DNA of 64,000 nt from an uncultured Gemmatimonadales bacterium (GCA_963842945.1 CAWJIM010000024.1:96001-160000); one strand, 5' to 3'; numbered from the stretch's first letter, positions 11,883-21,854 are shown. Translations and numbers: made by a program. The notes: generated from the letters alone by a model not told the origin.

Positions 11883-11894
11883 GAGCGCGAAAAC

Positions 11895-13326
11895 CTAATA
11901 CCGCGGCATCCCCACTTCAATCCGATCCGCCCAGGCGTCGATTCCGCCCGCGAGGCTGCGTACCCGGCTGAAACCGGCGCCTTTGAGCAGCTGGAGCGCT
12001 TTCATGGAGCGAGCCCCATGGTGGCAGTGAGTCACGATCTCGGCGTGACCATCGAGCTCGCCGAGCCGCTCGGGGAGCTGGCCCAGCGGAAGCAGGCGAG
12101 CGCCCTCAATATGCGCGATCTCCCACTCATGCGGCTCCCGCACGTCGATCAGCACCAATTCCGGGCCTTTCTGTTGCATTTCCCGGGAGAGCTCCTCGGC
12201 GGTGATTTCCGGCCCGTCATAGGCGGGCTCCGCGCCGATCCCACAGAACGCCTCATAGTCGATCAACTCTCGAATACTCGGCTGCTCTCCGCAGACCGGG
12301 CAGGAGGGGTCCTTCCGCAATTGGAGCTCACGGAACCGGAGCTTCAGGGCGTCGAACAGCAGTAGCCTGCCCAATGAGCGAGTCGCCGGCGCCAATGATC
12401 CACTTGATGGTCTCCAGCGCCTGGATGCTCCCGATGATTCCCGGCAGCACCCCGAGTACGCCTCCCTCGGCACAGCTGGGGACCAGTCCCGGCGGGGGCG
12501 GCTCGGAGTACAGACACCGGTAGCAGGGACCTTGGCGGGCATAGAAGAGCGACGCCTGTCCCTCGAAGCGGAAAATGCTGCCATAGACGTTCGGCTTCCC
12601 CAGCAGCACGCACGCGTCGTTCACCAGGTACCGAGTGGGGAAGTTGTCGGTCCCATCCACTACGATGTCGTACTCCCGCAGGATCTCGAGGGCGTTCTGG
12701 GACGTCAGTCTCGTCTCGTGCTTCTCGATGCGCACGTTGGGATTCACATCGCTCAGCCGGGCCTCGGCCGACTCGAGCTTCGGCTGGCCCAGTGTGGATG
12801 TGCCGTGGACGATCTGCCGCTGCAGGTTCGTCAAGTCCACCACATCGAAGTCCACGATCCCGATCGTTCCCACCCCGGCCGCCGCCAGATAGAGCGAGAG
12901 CGGCGAGCCCAGCCCTCCGGCTCCGACGGTGAGCACCCGCGCCGACTTGAGCTTCCGTTGGCCCGCGACGCCCACCTCTGGGAGCAGCAAGTGCCTGGAA
13001 TAGCGAAGGACTTCAGCCTGGGACAGGGCGGCCTCGCTGCCCAGCGCCGGAGATCCACCGGCGATGCTGGGCACGATCGTAAGCACATCCCCGGACTGCA
13101 CCGGTGTAGCCCTGGAGGAGAGATGCCGGATGTCGGTCTCGTTCAAGTACAAATTGACGAAGTTCCGAAGCCGGCCATCGTCCTGGAGCAGGTGGCGCTT
13201 GAGGCCGCCATGGGCGGCGAGCAGCCCGTCGAGCACCTCGCCCACGGTGTGGCCCGGCAACTGGATGGTATCCTGCCCCGCGGTAAAGCCTCGCAACGGC
13301 GTGGGGATCGAGACGGTGACAGACAT
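11895..13326 (-). CDS. Ubiquitin-like (MoaD/CysO) - MoeB/E1-like - rhodanese fusion (MoeZ-like), frameshift near 12370
   Basis: N-terminal IPTPLR...IVPSIAGG, then RYSRH, GAGGLG, NLQRQ, PCYRC and CPVC; C-terminal rhodanese DVRE...HCHHGARS. Confidence 0.9.
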
Positions 13327-13329
13327 ATT

Positions 13330-13755
13330 TCAGACCTCGTTGAATACGTCGAGAGACTCCGGCAGCATGGCCGACCGATCACCGGCCAGCTGCCAACTGG
13401 TGGCCTCGACCGCACGTCCGCGGTCGACCCGCACGATCAGGTAACTGTACCAGGGCCAGGCATGCTCGGCGTCGAACGCCGAGGGCGCCGCCGGGTGGTC
13501 CGGGTGTGAGTGGTAAAAGCCGAGCACCTCGAGGTTGTCCTGGCGAACCTCTTCCTCGACTCTCTGGAGATCCTCGGGAGCGATCAGATATCGGTGCGGG
13601 TCGGCTGCACGGCGATTCACCACCGGCAGGAGTCGCCGCACCTCCTTGATCTCACCCGGCTGCCCAGCCAGCACACCGCAGCATTCCCCGGGATAGGCCT
13701 GCTCGCCCTCGTGATGGATTGTCACCATCAGCGTCTCGCTGACCCGTAACGTCAC
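13330..13755 (-). CDS. JAB/Mov34 (M67) metallopeptidase, Mec-like
   Basis: YPGECCG and GFYHSHPDHPAAPSAFD JAMM motif. Confidence 0.93.
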   Translation of the reverse strand: MTLRVSETLMVTIHHEGEQAYPGECCGVLAGQPGEIKEVRRLLPVVNRRAADPHRYLIAPEDLQRVEEEVRQDNLEVLGFYHSHPDHPAAPSAFDAEHAWPWYSYLIVRVDRGRAVEATSWQLAGDRSAMLPESLDVFNEV

Positions 13756-14669
13756 GTGACCCTCCAGCGGTGAAGGTCACTCAGATATCTCACCCCCGAG
13801 TCGCACCCAATCACAACCACATAGGCCTCCGGATCCTGCTGCACGATATCCAGTGCCGCGGCTACCGCCGCTCCGGCGGACCAGCCGACCAGGTATCCCG
13901 AGTGCCGCGCCAGCCAGCGGGCCGTGCGGTCGGCCGCCTCGGTGGAGATCTCCGCTACGGCGTCAGGAAGTCCGGGATTGTACAGCGCGGGCGGATGACT
14001 CGTTGTAGCCAGGTGCTTCAATCCCTCCAGCCCATGCAGAGGAGAGTCCGGCTGCACTCCGATCAGTCGGATGTCCGGGTTCTTCTCCTTCAGGAACCCA
14101 CCGGTTCCCATCATGGTTCCGGTCGTTCCCATCGCGGCCACGAAGTGCGTAATCCGTCCTTCGGTTTGCGTCCAGATTTCGGGGCCAGTGGTCTCCCGAT
14201 GCGCCGCCGAGTTGGCCGGATTGCCATACTGGTCGGCGAAGTAATAGCGATCTGGCTCCTCCCGTAAAATCTGGCGGGCCCGTTCGGTTGCTCCGTCGGT
14301 ACCCTCCAGCCGATCGGTCAGCACGACTTCCGCGCCGTAGATCTCCAGCAGCGCACGGCGCTCCGGGCTGGCATTGGCAGGAACACAGATCGTAACCTCG
14401 ACCCCTGCGGCGGCGCCCAGCATCGCATAGGCGATTCCGGTATTGCCGCTGGATGCGTCGAGTAGCCGGCGCCCGGCTAGCTCCCCCCGGCACAGGGCGT
14501 CCCGAAGAATGCTGCGGGCAGCGCGGTCCTTGACACTTCCCCCAGGGTTGAGCCACTCGGCCTTGAGAAACACCTTCGAACGAGAGGATTCCAGTGCAAT
14601 GGGGAGCAACGGCGTGTTGCCGACCGCCTTCCAGAGCGCAGGTTCCCATCCGTGCGGTTCCGCGTCCAT
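13752..14669 (-). CDS. cysM: PLP-dependent cysteine synthase (CysM-like)
   Basis: VGNTPL, KAEWLNPGGSVKDR, ASSGNTG, MGTTGT. Confidence 0.88.
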   Translation of the reverse strand: MDAEPHGWEPALWKAVGNTPLLPIALESSRSKVFLKAEWLNPGGSVKDRAARSILRDALCRGELAGRRLLDASSGNTGIAYAMLGAAAGVEVTICVPANASPERRALLEIYGAEVVLTDRLEGTDGATERARQILREEPDRYYFADQYGNPANSAAHRETTGPEIWTQTEGRITHFVAAMGTTGTMMGTGGFLKEKNPDIRLIGVQPDSPLHGLEGLKHLATTSHPPALYNPGLPDAVAEISTEAADRTARWLARHSGYLVGWSAGAAVAAALDIVQQDPEAYVVVIGCDSGVRYLSDLHRWRVT

Positions 14670-14686
14670 CCCGAGTCTCCAAATGC

Positions 14687-14713
14687 AAAAGGCCCGACCG
14701 TGGGGTCGGGCCT
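14687..14713 (-). terminator. Intrinsic terminator between rrf2 and cysM
   Basis: aggcccgacc-gtgg-ggtcgggcct hairpin followed by TTT on the minus strand. Confidence 0.6.
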
Positions 14714-14734
14714 CAGTTTCTCAACCGAAGAGCG

Positions 14735-15193
14735 TCAGCTTGCCGACGAGATCCCGACCAGTTCCTGGACTTCGGTTTCCTGCTTCATCAAATCGGCCAG
14801 TGAAATGCTGGCAAGCAGCTCGTCCACCCGCTGCTGGAGTGCATGCCAGACCGGCCGGATGCTGCAGGTGTGTCCCGGATTACATCGATCGGCGTCCACC
14901 GGGTGAGTGGCGCAGTTGATCTCGAAGGTTTGATGCTCCGATGCAGCCATAACATCCCGTACCGAGATGGCGGCCGGCTCCTTGGCCAGGAAGTAGCCAC
15001 CCTTGGCTCCTCGCACGCTCTCGACCAGACCGGCCCGCCGGAGCCGCAGCAGGATCTGCTCGACATAATCAGCCGGAAGTCGCTCGGTGTCGGCGAGCTC
15101 CCGGGCGGCAACAGGTCCACTGCCGTGACGTCCACGCTTGGCAAGGTGGATCGAGATGATCAGGCTGTATTCGGTCCAGGTGGTGACCCGCAT
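14735..15193 (-). CDS. Rrf2-family regulator with three Cys (IscR-like)
   Basis: YVEQILLRLRRAGLVESVRGAKGGY; C-x9-C-x5-C. Confidence 0.93.
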   Translation of the reverse strand: MRVTTWTEYSLIISIHLAKRGRHGSGPVAARELADTERLPADYVEQILLRLRRAGLVESVRGAKGGYFLAKEPAAISVRDVMAASEHQTFEINCATHPVDADRCNPGHTCSIRPVWHALQQRVDELLASISLADLMKQETEVQELVGISSAS

Positions 15194-15199
15194 GCTTTG

Positions 15200-15228
15200 A
15201 ATATGCCTGTGAAAACAGGTGGAATCAA
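15200..15228 (-). promoter_or_regulatory. Putative leaderless sigma70 promoter with a palindrome in the spacer
   Basis: TTGATT-17 nt-CATATT-6 nt-ATG; spacer contains CCTGT-TTTC-ACAGG. Confidence 0.55.
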
Positions 15229-15256
15229 ATCTGAGCTGAAAACGGGAGCTACGCCG

Positions 15257-16057
15257 CTACTGCTTTTCCGCCGAAGTCCAGCGAGCCACCTCTTCTGCGC
15301 TCATGTTGCCGTAGGGCCGAATGCGCGCGTCGCGAAACGAGCCGCCGAGCACGTCGCCCAAGTACTGAGACCAGGAGAGCAGAGTTCCGTAGCAGACCGG
15401 CTCAGTGGCATCGGGTGCGCCGACCTCCGCATCCAGCCGCTGCAACAGCTCCCGCATGACGCCCTCGGGGACTCGGGAGCGGGCCGAAGGGAAGATGAAT
15501 CCGAACATGACCAGATGAGCCAGCAGCACCCGCCAGTGGGGTCCGAACCGCTGGATCAGTCGATCCCAGTCCAGCCGCTCACCAAGCGCGAGGATGAGGT
15601 GGGAAACATCGGCCCCGTCATATCGCTCGCGCTCCATGACGAAGGCCTTCGACCAGATGGTCTCCTCCGGCGGTGCGATCTTTACCGGGACATTGAGGAC
15701 TTCACCGTCCGCAGCGTGCTCGAACCAGCCGTCGTCCACCGCCGCCACTCCGTTCCCGGAGCTGAAAATCACGTCGATGAACCCCTCCGGCGACCGGATC
15801 TTGGCCAACCAGTGCGAAAACACCAGCTCGGTCTCGTACCCGGCCGTGGCGCACGCTTCCAGCAGGCGCTGGACGTCCAAAGGCCGTGCGAAGATGTCCA
15901 GGTCCTTGGTAGACTTGTCGATGCCGGCCTGGTGGATGAACGCGAAGGCGCCACCGACCAGGAACGGCACCTTGGCCCGGTTGAGCACCTCCATCGCGTT
16001 CCGATAGAACAGCCGGGAGGGTGTCTCGACTAAAGACTGGGTCGGGGCGAGCGCCAT
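15257..16057 (-). CDS. Nucleotidyltransferase-superfamily protein
   Basis: FLVGGAFA...TKDLDIF Pol-beta-type motif. Confidence 0.8.
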   Translation of the reverse strand: MALAPTQSLVETPSRLFYRNAMEVLNRAKVPFLVGGAFAFIHQAGIDKSTKDLDIFARPLDVQRLLEACATAGYETELVFSHWLAKIRSPEGFIDVIFSSGNGVAAVDDGWFEHAADGEVLNVPVKIAPPEETIWSKAFVMERERYDGADVSHLILALGERLDWDRLIQRFGPHWRVLLAHLVMFGFIFPSARSRVPEGVMRELLQRLDAEVGAPDATEPVCYGTLLSWSQYLGDVLGGSFRDARIRPYGNMSAEEVARWTSAEKQ

Positions 16058-16158
16058 GCCAGACTCCGCAGAGGGGACTTTATGATAAGTCGGCCCCGAA
16101 CCTTCGGGGTGTGGCCCGGATCACCGCAGCCGTTCACTTGTCACTGGATTGTGCCAGC

Positions 16159-16968
16159 ATGACCAAATCCCCTGGTACCGTGCGGATCGCTGCCCTGGGA
16201 GACATTCACCTGGGCGGCCGAGGGTTGGAGCCGCCACTGCAGATGCTCCTCAGCCAGGTCTCAGCGCACGCCGACATCCTCGCGCTATGTGGTGACCTGA
16301 CCGACCGGGGCGACCCGGACGAGGCGCGCGAGATGGCCAAGGCGCTCGGGTCCGTCACGGTTCCGATCGTCGCGGTGCTGGGTAATCACGATTATGAGTG
16401 CGGGAAGGTCAGCGAGGTGACCCGGATCCTGTGCGACGCAGGGGTCCGGGTGCTCGATGGCGACGCGCATGAGGTGTTGGGGGTCGGCTTTGCCGGAGCC
16501 AAGGGCTTTGCCGGCGGGTTCGGCCGGGGAGCCCTGGGACCCTGGGGAGAGCCTCTCATCAAGCAGTTCGTCAGAGAGGCGCTAGACGAGGCCCTCAAGC
16601 TGGAGACCGCGCTCAGTCGCCTACGCACGCCACGTAAGGTTGCGCTGCTCCACTACGCGCCCATCGCCGCAACCGTGGAAGGAGAGCCGCGGGAGATCTA
16701 CCCGTATCTTGGCTCCAGCCGGCTGGAGGAGCCGCTGGGGCGGTATCCGGTGGACGTGGTGTTCCACGGACACGCCCATCACGGCGCGCCCCAAGGACGG
16801 ACCATGGGGGACGTGCCGGTATACAATGTCTCGATGATGCTGTTGCAGCGGACGTACCCGGACCGGCCGGCATTTCGGGTGGTGGAGCTTCAGGTGGACG
16901 ACAACACCAATGAGGGAGCCGCCGGCGTCACCCCGCTTCGACGGGTTACCGACCGCCCGGTTGCTTGA
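16159..16968 (+). CDS. Metallophosphoesterase (calcineurin-like)
   Basis: GDIH, GDLTD, GNHD, LLHYAP, HGHAH. Confidence 0.93.
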   Translation: MTKSPGTVRIAALGDIHLGGRGLEPPLQMLLSQVSAHADILALCGDLTDRGDPDEAREMAKALGSVTVPIVAVLGNHDYECGKVSEVTRILCDAGVRVLDGDAHEVLGVGFAGAKGFAGGFGRGALGPWGEPLIKQFVREALDEALKLETALSRLRTPRKVALLHYAPIAATVEGEPREIYPYLGSSRLEEPLGRYPVDVVFHGHAHHGAPQGRTMGDVPVYNVSMMLLQRTYPDRPAFRVVELQVDDNTNEGAAGVTPLRRVTDRPVA

Positions 16969-18406
16969 CCGGCTGGGGTTCGAGCTCACCCGGCACACCG
17001 GGCTCAGTCATGGCTCGTAGGTCCAGAACCTCCTCTAATTCCCTTCCCTTCAACAGCCCCTTCTGGATCACGAGCTCCTTCACCGTGAGACCGGTTGCCA
17101 CCGCTTCCTTGGCCAGCTTGGCCGCTTCGCCGTAGCCGATACGGGGGGCCAGTGCTGTGACCAGGGCCGGGCTCCGCTCCAGCCAGTACCGGCACTGCGC
17201 CTCATCGGCCTGAATTCCGTCGATGCAGCGCTCGGCCAGGACCGCAGTCGCGTTCCCCACGATGAAGAGAGCGAACAGGATGTTGTGCGTGACCACCGGC
17301 ATCATCACGTTCAGCTCGAGCTGCCCTGCCTCGGTGGCAAGCCCGACCGTGGTATCCAGCCCCAGCGCTTGGTAGCAGACCTGGTTTACCATCTCGGCGA
17401 TGGAGGGGTTCACCTTGCCCGGCATGATGCTGGATCCCGGCTGTACCGAGGGAAGAAGAATTTCGGCGAAGCCGGTCCGGGGCCCTGACGCGAGCAGCCG
17501 GAGGTCGTTCGCGATCTTATTCAGGTCCAGCACATACGCCCGAAGCGCCCCGCTGAAAGTGGCAAAGTCGCCCAGCGACTGCATCAGCTGAATCAGGTCA
17601 CGTCCTGGGCGAAGTTGCATGCCCGTAATCCGGGATAGTTGCTTCACCATCAGCTCGGCATACTCCGGCTCGGCGTTGAGACCGGTGCCCACGGCGGTTC
17701 CGCCGATGTTGAGCTCGCGCAGCCAATCCGCGGCCGCCTCCAGCTTGTCCCGATGGCGCTGAACCGTGTGGCCGTACGCGGTGAACTCCTGGCCCAGGCG
17801 GATCGGGGTGGCGTCCTGCAGATGGGTTCGGCCCGATTTGATGATGTGATCGAACTCTTCGCCTTTAGCCAGGAGCGAGGTCGCCAGCCGGTCGAGGGAT
17901 ACCAAGGTTCCCGAGAGGGTGGCCAGAGTTGCCAGCCGCATAGCGGTGGGAATCACGTCATTCGTGCTCTGCGCCATGTTGACGTGATCGTTCGGATGCA
18001 CCGGCTGATACGACCCGCGCGTCGAGCCCAGGAGCTCGTTGGCCCGGTTCGCCAGCACCTCATTACAGTTCATGTTGTGACTGGTACCGGCACCAGCTTG
18101 ATACACGTCCAGAATGAATTGGTCCCGGTGCTTGCCACCGAGCACCTCGTCGGCCGCCTGCACGATGGCATCGGCCAAACGGGCCTCGAGCCGCCCTGTC
18201 TGCTTGTGCACCACTGCAGCCGAGCGCTTGATCCATACTACCGCGTCGACGAAGGCTGGGAGGGGGCGAAGTCCGGAGATGGGAAAGTTTTCCGATGCGC
18301 GCAGCGTTTGGATACCATACAGCGCGCTGGAAGGCACTGCTTTTTCGCCGAGGGGATCGCGCTCGATGCGAGTCGGCGCGGCAGCTTTTGCGTCGTGTGG
18401 AGTCAC
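16946..18406 (-). CDS. aspA: Aspartate ammonia-lyase / class II fumarase family
   Basis: GAGTSHNMN, HPNDHVN, GRTHLQDATP, GSSIMPGKVNP. Confidence 0.85.
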   Translation of the reverse strand: MTPHDAKAAAPTRIERDPLGEKAVPSSALYGIQTLRASENFPISGLRPLPAFVDAVVWIKRSAAVVHKQTGRLEARLADAIVQAADEVLGGKHRDQFILDVYQAGAGTSHNMNCNEVLANRANELLGSTRGSYQPVHPNDHVNMAQSTNDVIPTAMRLATLATLSGTLVSLDRLATSLLAKGEEFDHIIKSGRTHLQDATPIRLGQEFTAYGHTVQRHRDKLEAAADWLRELNIGGTAVGTGLNAEPEYAELMVKQLSRITGMQLRPGRDLIQLMQSLGDFATFSGALRAYVLDLNKIANDLRLLASGPRTGFAEILLPSVQPGSSIMPGKVNPSIAEMVNQVCYQALGLDTTVGLATEAGQLELNVMMPVVTHNILFALFIVGNATAVLAERCIDGIQADEAQCRYWLERSPALVTALAPRIGYGEAAKLAKEAVATGLTVKELVIQKGLLKGRELEEVLDLRAMTEPGVPGELEPQPVKQPGGR

Positions 18407-18423
18407 TTCACATCCGGGGAAGA

Positions 18424-18771
18424 ATGACCACGTACTTTAGGTCGATCGCCGACATCGCCGGGTTCTCCAGGGAGAAGCCGTTCAAGGCCGACCTGTTTGG
18501 CAGCCCGAACCTGTTCGTCGGGCTGAATTGTTTTCAGCCGGGGCAGTCACAAAAAGTTCACGTCCATGCGGAGTCGGACAAATTTTATCTGGTCCTGTCG
18601 GGAAAGGCGAGGATGATTGTGGGAGAGGAGATGCGAGAGGCGGGTCAGGGAACGGTCGTCTGGGCTCCGGCGGATCTCCCTCACGGGGTGGCTGAAGCGC
18701 TGGAACCGACGGTCATGCTGGTTGTAATGGCCCCGCCCCCAGCCAGTATCAGCTCTCCAGCTGCTCCCTGA
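18424..18771 (+). CDS. Cupin-domain protein
   Basis: PGQSQKVHVH...PADLPHGV. Confidence 0.85.
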   Translation: MTTYFRSIADIAGFSREKPFKADLFGSPNLFVGLNCFQPGQSQKVHVHAESDKFYLVLSGKARMIVGEEMREAGQGTVVWAPADLPHGVAEALEPTVMLVVMAPPPASISSPAAP

Positions 18772-19633
18772 CGTCCGCCGCACCCTGGCGGGCCAACTTC
18801 CTCAGCGCCGGCCAGCCGTAAATCTTTGCCGCCAGCCAGACGCCCAGCACGACGCCCACGCCGTTGGTGTACCAGCGCCAGGCCAACAGGAGCCAGCCCT
18901 GGTGTTCTCCCAGATCTCCCGCAGCGCCGCCCAGAAACCCCAACTCGACTGCGCCGGCGCCGGAGGGCGTCGGGAGGAGCAGCTGACTGTACAGCAGCGC
19001 GAAGGAACCCACCAGCATCGGACCCATGGCGGGCGGGTCCGGCAGCGTGAGCGCGAGAACCGGAAGAATCGCGACCCTGGTTCCCAGATTGACGAAGCTG
19101 AGAGGGAGGCTGACCACGAGTGGCCACAAGGGCATCCGCCGCCAGTACACCCGGGCACGCTTGACCGGCCGACGCAGGTGCCGAGCCACCGGCGAGGTTA
19201 CCCCGCGGGCGTAGCGCCACGCCAGAACACTGATGAGAAAGACGCCCGCGACCCACGGCCAGGCCTCCTCTGCGGCCGCCTCGAGCCGGGGACCGACGCT
19301 GGACCACCAGGCCGGCGCATATTCCCAACCGAGCCAGGCCGCGGCAATGATGATCACGGGCCAGGCCGCGAGAACCTCGAGACTGATACCCACGAAGGCG
19401 GCTGTAGCCGGTACCCGGCTCCGGAGCATCCCGGCCAGTCGAGCCGGCTCGCCGCCGATCCGGAGCGGCGTCAGTGCGCAGGCCGCGTCTCCAAACGCGT
19501 TGAGAACGAAGGCGTCCTTTACCGATAGCGGATAGCCGAGCCCCTGGATAATCCACTGAATGCGCCAGGCTCGCGCAATCAGATCGGCAACCACCAGGCC
19601 GACGCAAATGAGATGAGCCTCCAACGCCGTCAC
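18749..19633 (-). CDS. Lysylphosphatidylglycerol-synthase TM / UPF0104 flippase-like membrane protein
   Basis: TPLRIGGEP, PTPSGAGAVE, LAWRWYT; multiple TM helices. Confidence 0.8.
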   Translation of the reverse strand: MTALEAHLICVGLVVADLIARAWRIQWIIQGLGYPLSVKDAFVLNAFGDAACALTPLRIGGEPARLAGMLRSRVPATAAFVGISLEVLAAWPVIIIAAAWLGWEYAPAWWSSVGPRLEAAAEEAWPWVAGVFLISVLAWRYARGVTSPVARHLRRPVKRARVYWRRMPLWPLVVSLPLSFVNLGTRVAILPVLALTLPDPPAMGPMLVGSFALLYSQLLLPTPSGAGAVELGFLGGAAGDLGEHQGWLLLAWRWYTNGVGVVLGVWLAAKIYGWPALRKLARQGAADVREQLES

Positions 19634-20361
19634 GCGGGCTGCGGTCCGCCGCAGAGGTCACCGTACCGGCCGGCAGTCCGATGCCTGCACCACCGTTCGA
19701 GAGCTCCCGCGACCGAACGTGCGGTCGCGGTGTGATCGAGATCCTGCGGATGGAGCGCAAGCCTGGGCCAGGCGCTGTCACGCTGGAGGCGCCAACGAGC
19801 CGTGGCAACTGCCGCCGAGCCCCAGGCCCGGAGCGGCGTTCTCGAGCTCCAGCGCACAACCGGCGACGCAACCCGGTCGCCCGACTCCAGCAGGTGAATG
19901 CTGGACGCGTCTTCAGTGAACGCGAGGCCTAGCGCTCGCGCTGCGTTGTCGGTGGCCTCCCGGGCCAGCCAGGCAGGCGCGACGAATCCTGAGGGGTTGA
20001 GACCTACTCGGCGCAGCCGGGAAAGGCCTTGGGCGATTCGGCGTCCGGCAGTCGGCTCCTCCAGAGTGAGAAACTCCGCCTCTCGCGCGGTGTTGCCCCA
20101 GGCTCGCCATGCATCGCGGGCTCCACGCGGCAACCCGTTCTCATCGTGACGCTCTCCGTGCAGGATCAGCTCCGCGCCTTGGTCGGCCCCTGTTTGGACC
20201 CATTTCACGAATTGCGGGTACCGCTCGAGTGGCCACTCGCCGTGCCAGTTCGGTACCACGAGAAGCGCCGGACTCACGCCCCGGCACTGGCAGAGCTCCC
20301 AGAGCTTCCGAACGTTCGTTTCGTGAGCAGGGGTAACGTCGTGAATGGAGACCAGCAGCAT
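19630..20361 (-). CDS. Polysaccharide-deacetylase-like protein (DUF2334)
   Basis: VSIHDVTP, LHGERH, AEF, GFVAPAW, LALHPQD. Confidence 0.82.
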   Translation of the reverse strand: MLLVSIHDVTPAHETNVRKLWELCQCRGVSPALLVVPNWHGEWPLERYPQFVKWVQTGADQGAELILHGERHDENGLPRGARDAWRAWGNTAREAEFLTLEEPTAGRRIAQGLSRLRRVGLNPSGFVAPAWLAREATDNAARALGLAFTEDASSIHLLESGDRVASPVVRWSSRTPLRAWGSAAVATARWRLQRDSAWPRLALHPQDLDHTATARSVAGALERWCRHRTAGRYGDLCGGPQPA

Positions 20362-21710
20362 CACTGATCCAGAATGCGGCGATAAACGCTGAACAGCCGG
20401 TCGAAGACCTGATCCCACCCGTGGTTGGCTTCCACGTACGCGCGCCCCCGGACTCCCAGCTCATCCAAACCTCCGGTGATGAGCCGGATCGCGGCCTCCG
20501 CCAGGGCACTGCCGTCACCGGACGCGAACGAGGCGCCGGCGCCGGATCGGGTGACGGTTTCCGCCACGCCACCCCGGTCAGCCGTGAGTACCGGAGTACC
20601 GCTGGCCAGGGCCTCCAGAGCGGAGAGTCCGAAGGTCTCCAGTGAGCAGGGGGCGACATAGAGATCGACCGCGGCCATGAGATCGGCCAGGCGTTCTCGG
20701 TCTCCCTCGAACGGGAGCCAGACAAACCGGTCACTTCCTGGCTGGCGCTGCAGTCTCGCTCGTGACGGACCGTCGCCTACCAGGATCAGCCGGGCCCCCG
20801 TTCGCCGCTCGACCTCCGGCCAGCTCGCAAGCAGCAGGTCGAGCTCCTTCTCCCGGGCGATCCGTCCTACGAAGAGGGCCAACGGGCCCTGGGGCAGGTC
20901 CAGGCTCCGACGGGTTTCAGACCCATACGCCCGACGCCGCGGGTGGAACCCGTCCAGATCCACCCCGAGAGAAACTCGCTGCACCCGTTCTATCCCCTCA
21001 CGCTCCAATTCGCCAGCCACGAAGTCCGAGGGGGCCAGCGTGGCCTTGACCAGCCGGCTCAAGCGGCGAACGTACCGCCAGGCGAAGCGGCTCGCGGTAC
21101 GACGCATGGCCCCCGCCGTGCGTGGCCAGGGTGCAATGACCCGGGGGAAGTTGCTGTGGTAGAACCACACAGCCGGGACCTCGCCCCCTCGAGTGGCCAG
21201 GTGCACCAGCCACGGCGCACACCAGGCACTGCCGACCTCGATGAGATGGGGCCGCTCGTGCGCCACGATCCGGTTGGTGGAGCGTGTCGCCAGCATGAAG
21301 CGATAGGGTTTCTGGGTCGGGATCGAAGGACCGTGCAGCCGGTAGCAGCGAACTCCGCCGGTCTCGTGTATCGAGTCGCGCGCACCCGGCACAACCAGCA
21401 CCTGGCGCAGCTCGGGGCGACTCTCCACGTACCGCGCCTTCTGCAGCAGGTAGGTACGCACTCCTCCGGTGGTTTCCCCGAAGAATTCGGAGATGTCGAG
21501 CACGCCGAGCGCGCCGGGTCTCAGGCGGGGCGGCAGGACGCTCCGGGAAATGTCCAGCGAAGACCGCGCGTCGATCCCGGAGAACACGTCGAGATCGGGA
21601 ATGGTCCACACGGCGCGATCAGTCAGAACAGTCCCCGAGCGGATAGATGGTGCCGCAATTGGCACAAGGATTCTTGCACCCGCGGATCCGCGGGCGAACC
21701 GGGAAGCCAC
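20361..21710 (-). CDS. Glycosyltransferase family 4 (start uncertain)
   Basis: GGVRTYL, VGRIAREK, VGDGP, ETFGLSALEALASGTPV. Confidence 0.9.
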   Translation of the reverse strand: MASRFARGSAGARILVPIAAPSIRSGTVLTDRAVWTIPDLDVFSGIDARSSLDISRSVLPPRLRPGALGVLDISEFFGETTGGVRTYLLQKARYVESRPELRQVLVVPGARDSIHETGGVRCYRLHGPSIPTQKPYRFMLATRSTNRIVAHERPHLIEVGSAWCAPWLVHLATRGGEVPAVWFYHSNFPRVIAPWPRTAGAMRRTASRFAWRYVRRLSRLVKATLAPSDFVAGELEREGIERVQRVSLGVDLDGFHPRRRAYGSETRRSLDLPQGPLALFVGRIAREKELDLLLASWPEVERRTGARLILVGDGPSRARLQRQPGSDRFVWLPFEGDRERLADLMAAVDLYVAPCSLETFGLSALEALASGTPVLTADRGGVAETVTRSGAGASFASGDGSALAEAAIRLITGGLDELGVRGRAYVEANHGWDQVFDRLFSVYRRILDQ

Positions 21711-21734
21711 AGCGGTTGCACGTCGGTCGGGTCA

Positions 21735-21854
21735 GCGAGGCGGCGGGGCAGCGGGGCAGCGGGGGACCAAGTCGCGAACGTCGGCATCATGCCGTCGTCA
21801 GCGGATGGGAGTGACTGCCCCTCTGCCCCGCTGCCCCGCCGCCCCGCTGTCTCA
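21735..21854. repeat. Inverted tandem-repeat element, 8-nt units (GCGGGGCA / CTGCCCCG)
   Basis: 4 left units at 21735-21766 and 5 right units at 21815-21854; the last unit contains the stop codon of the MBL gene. Confidence 0.85.
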
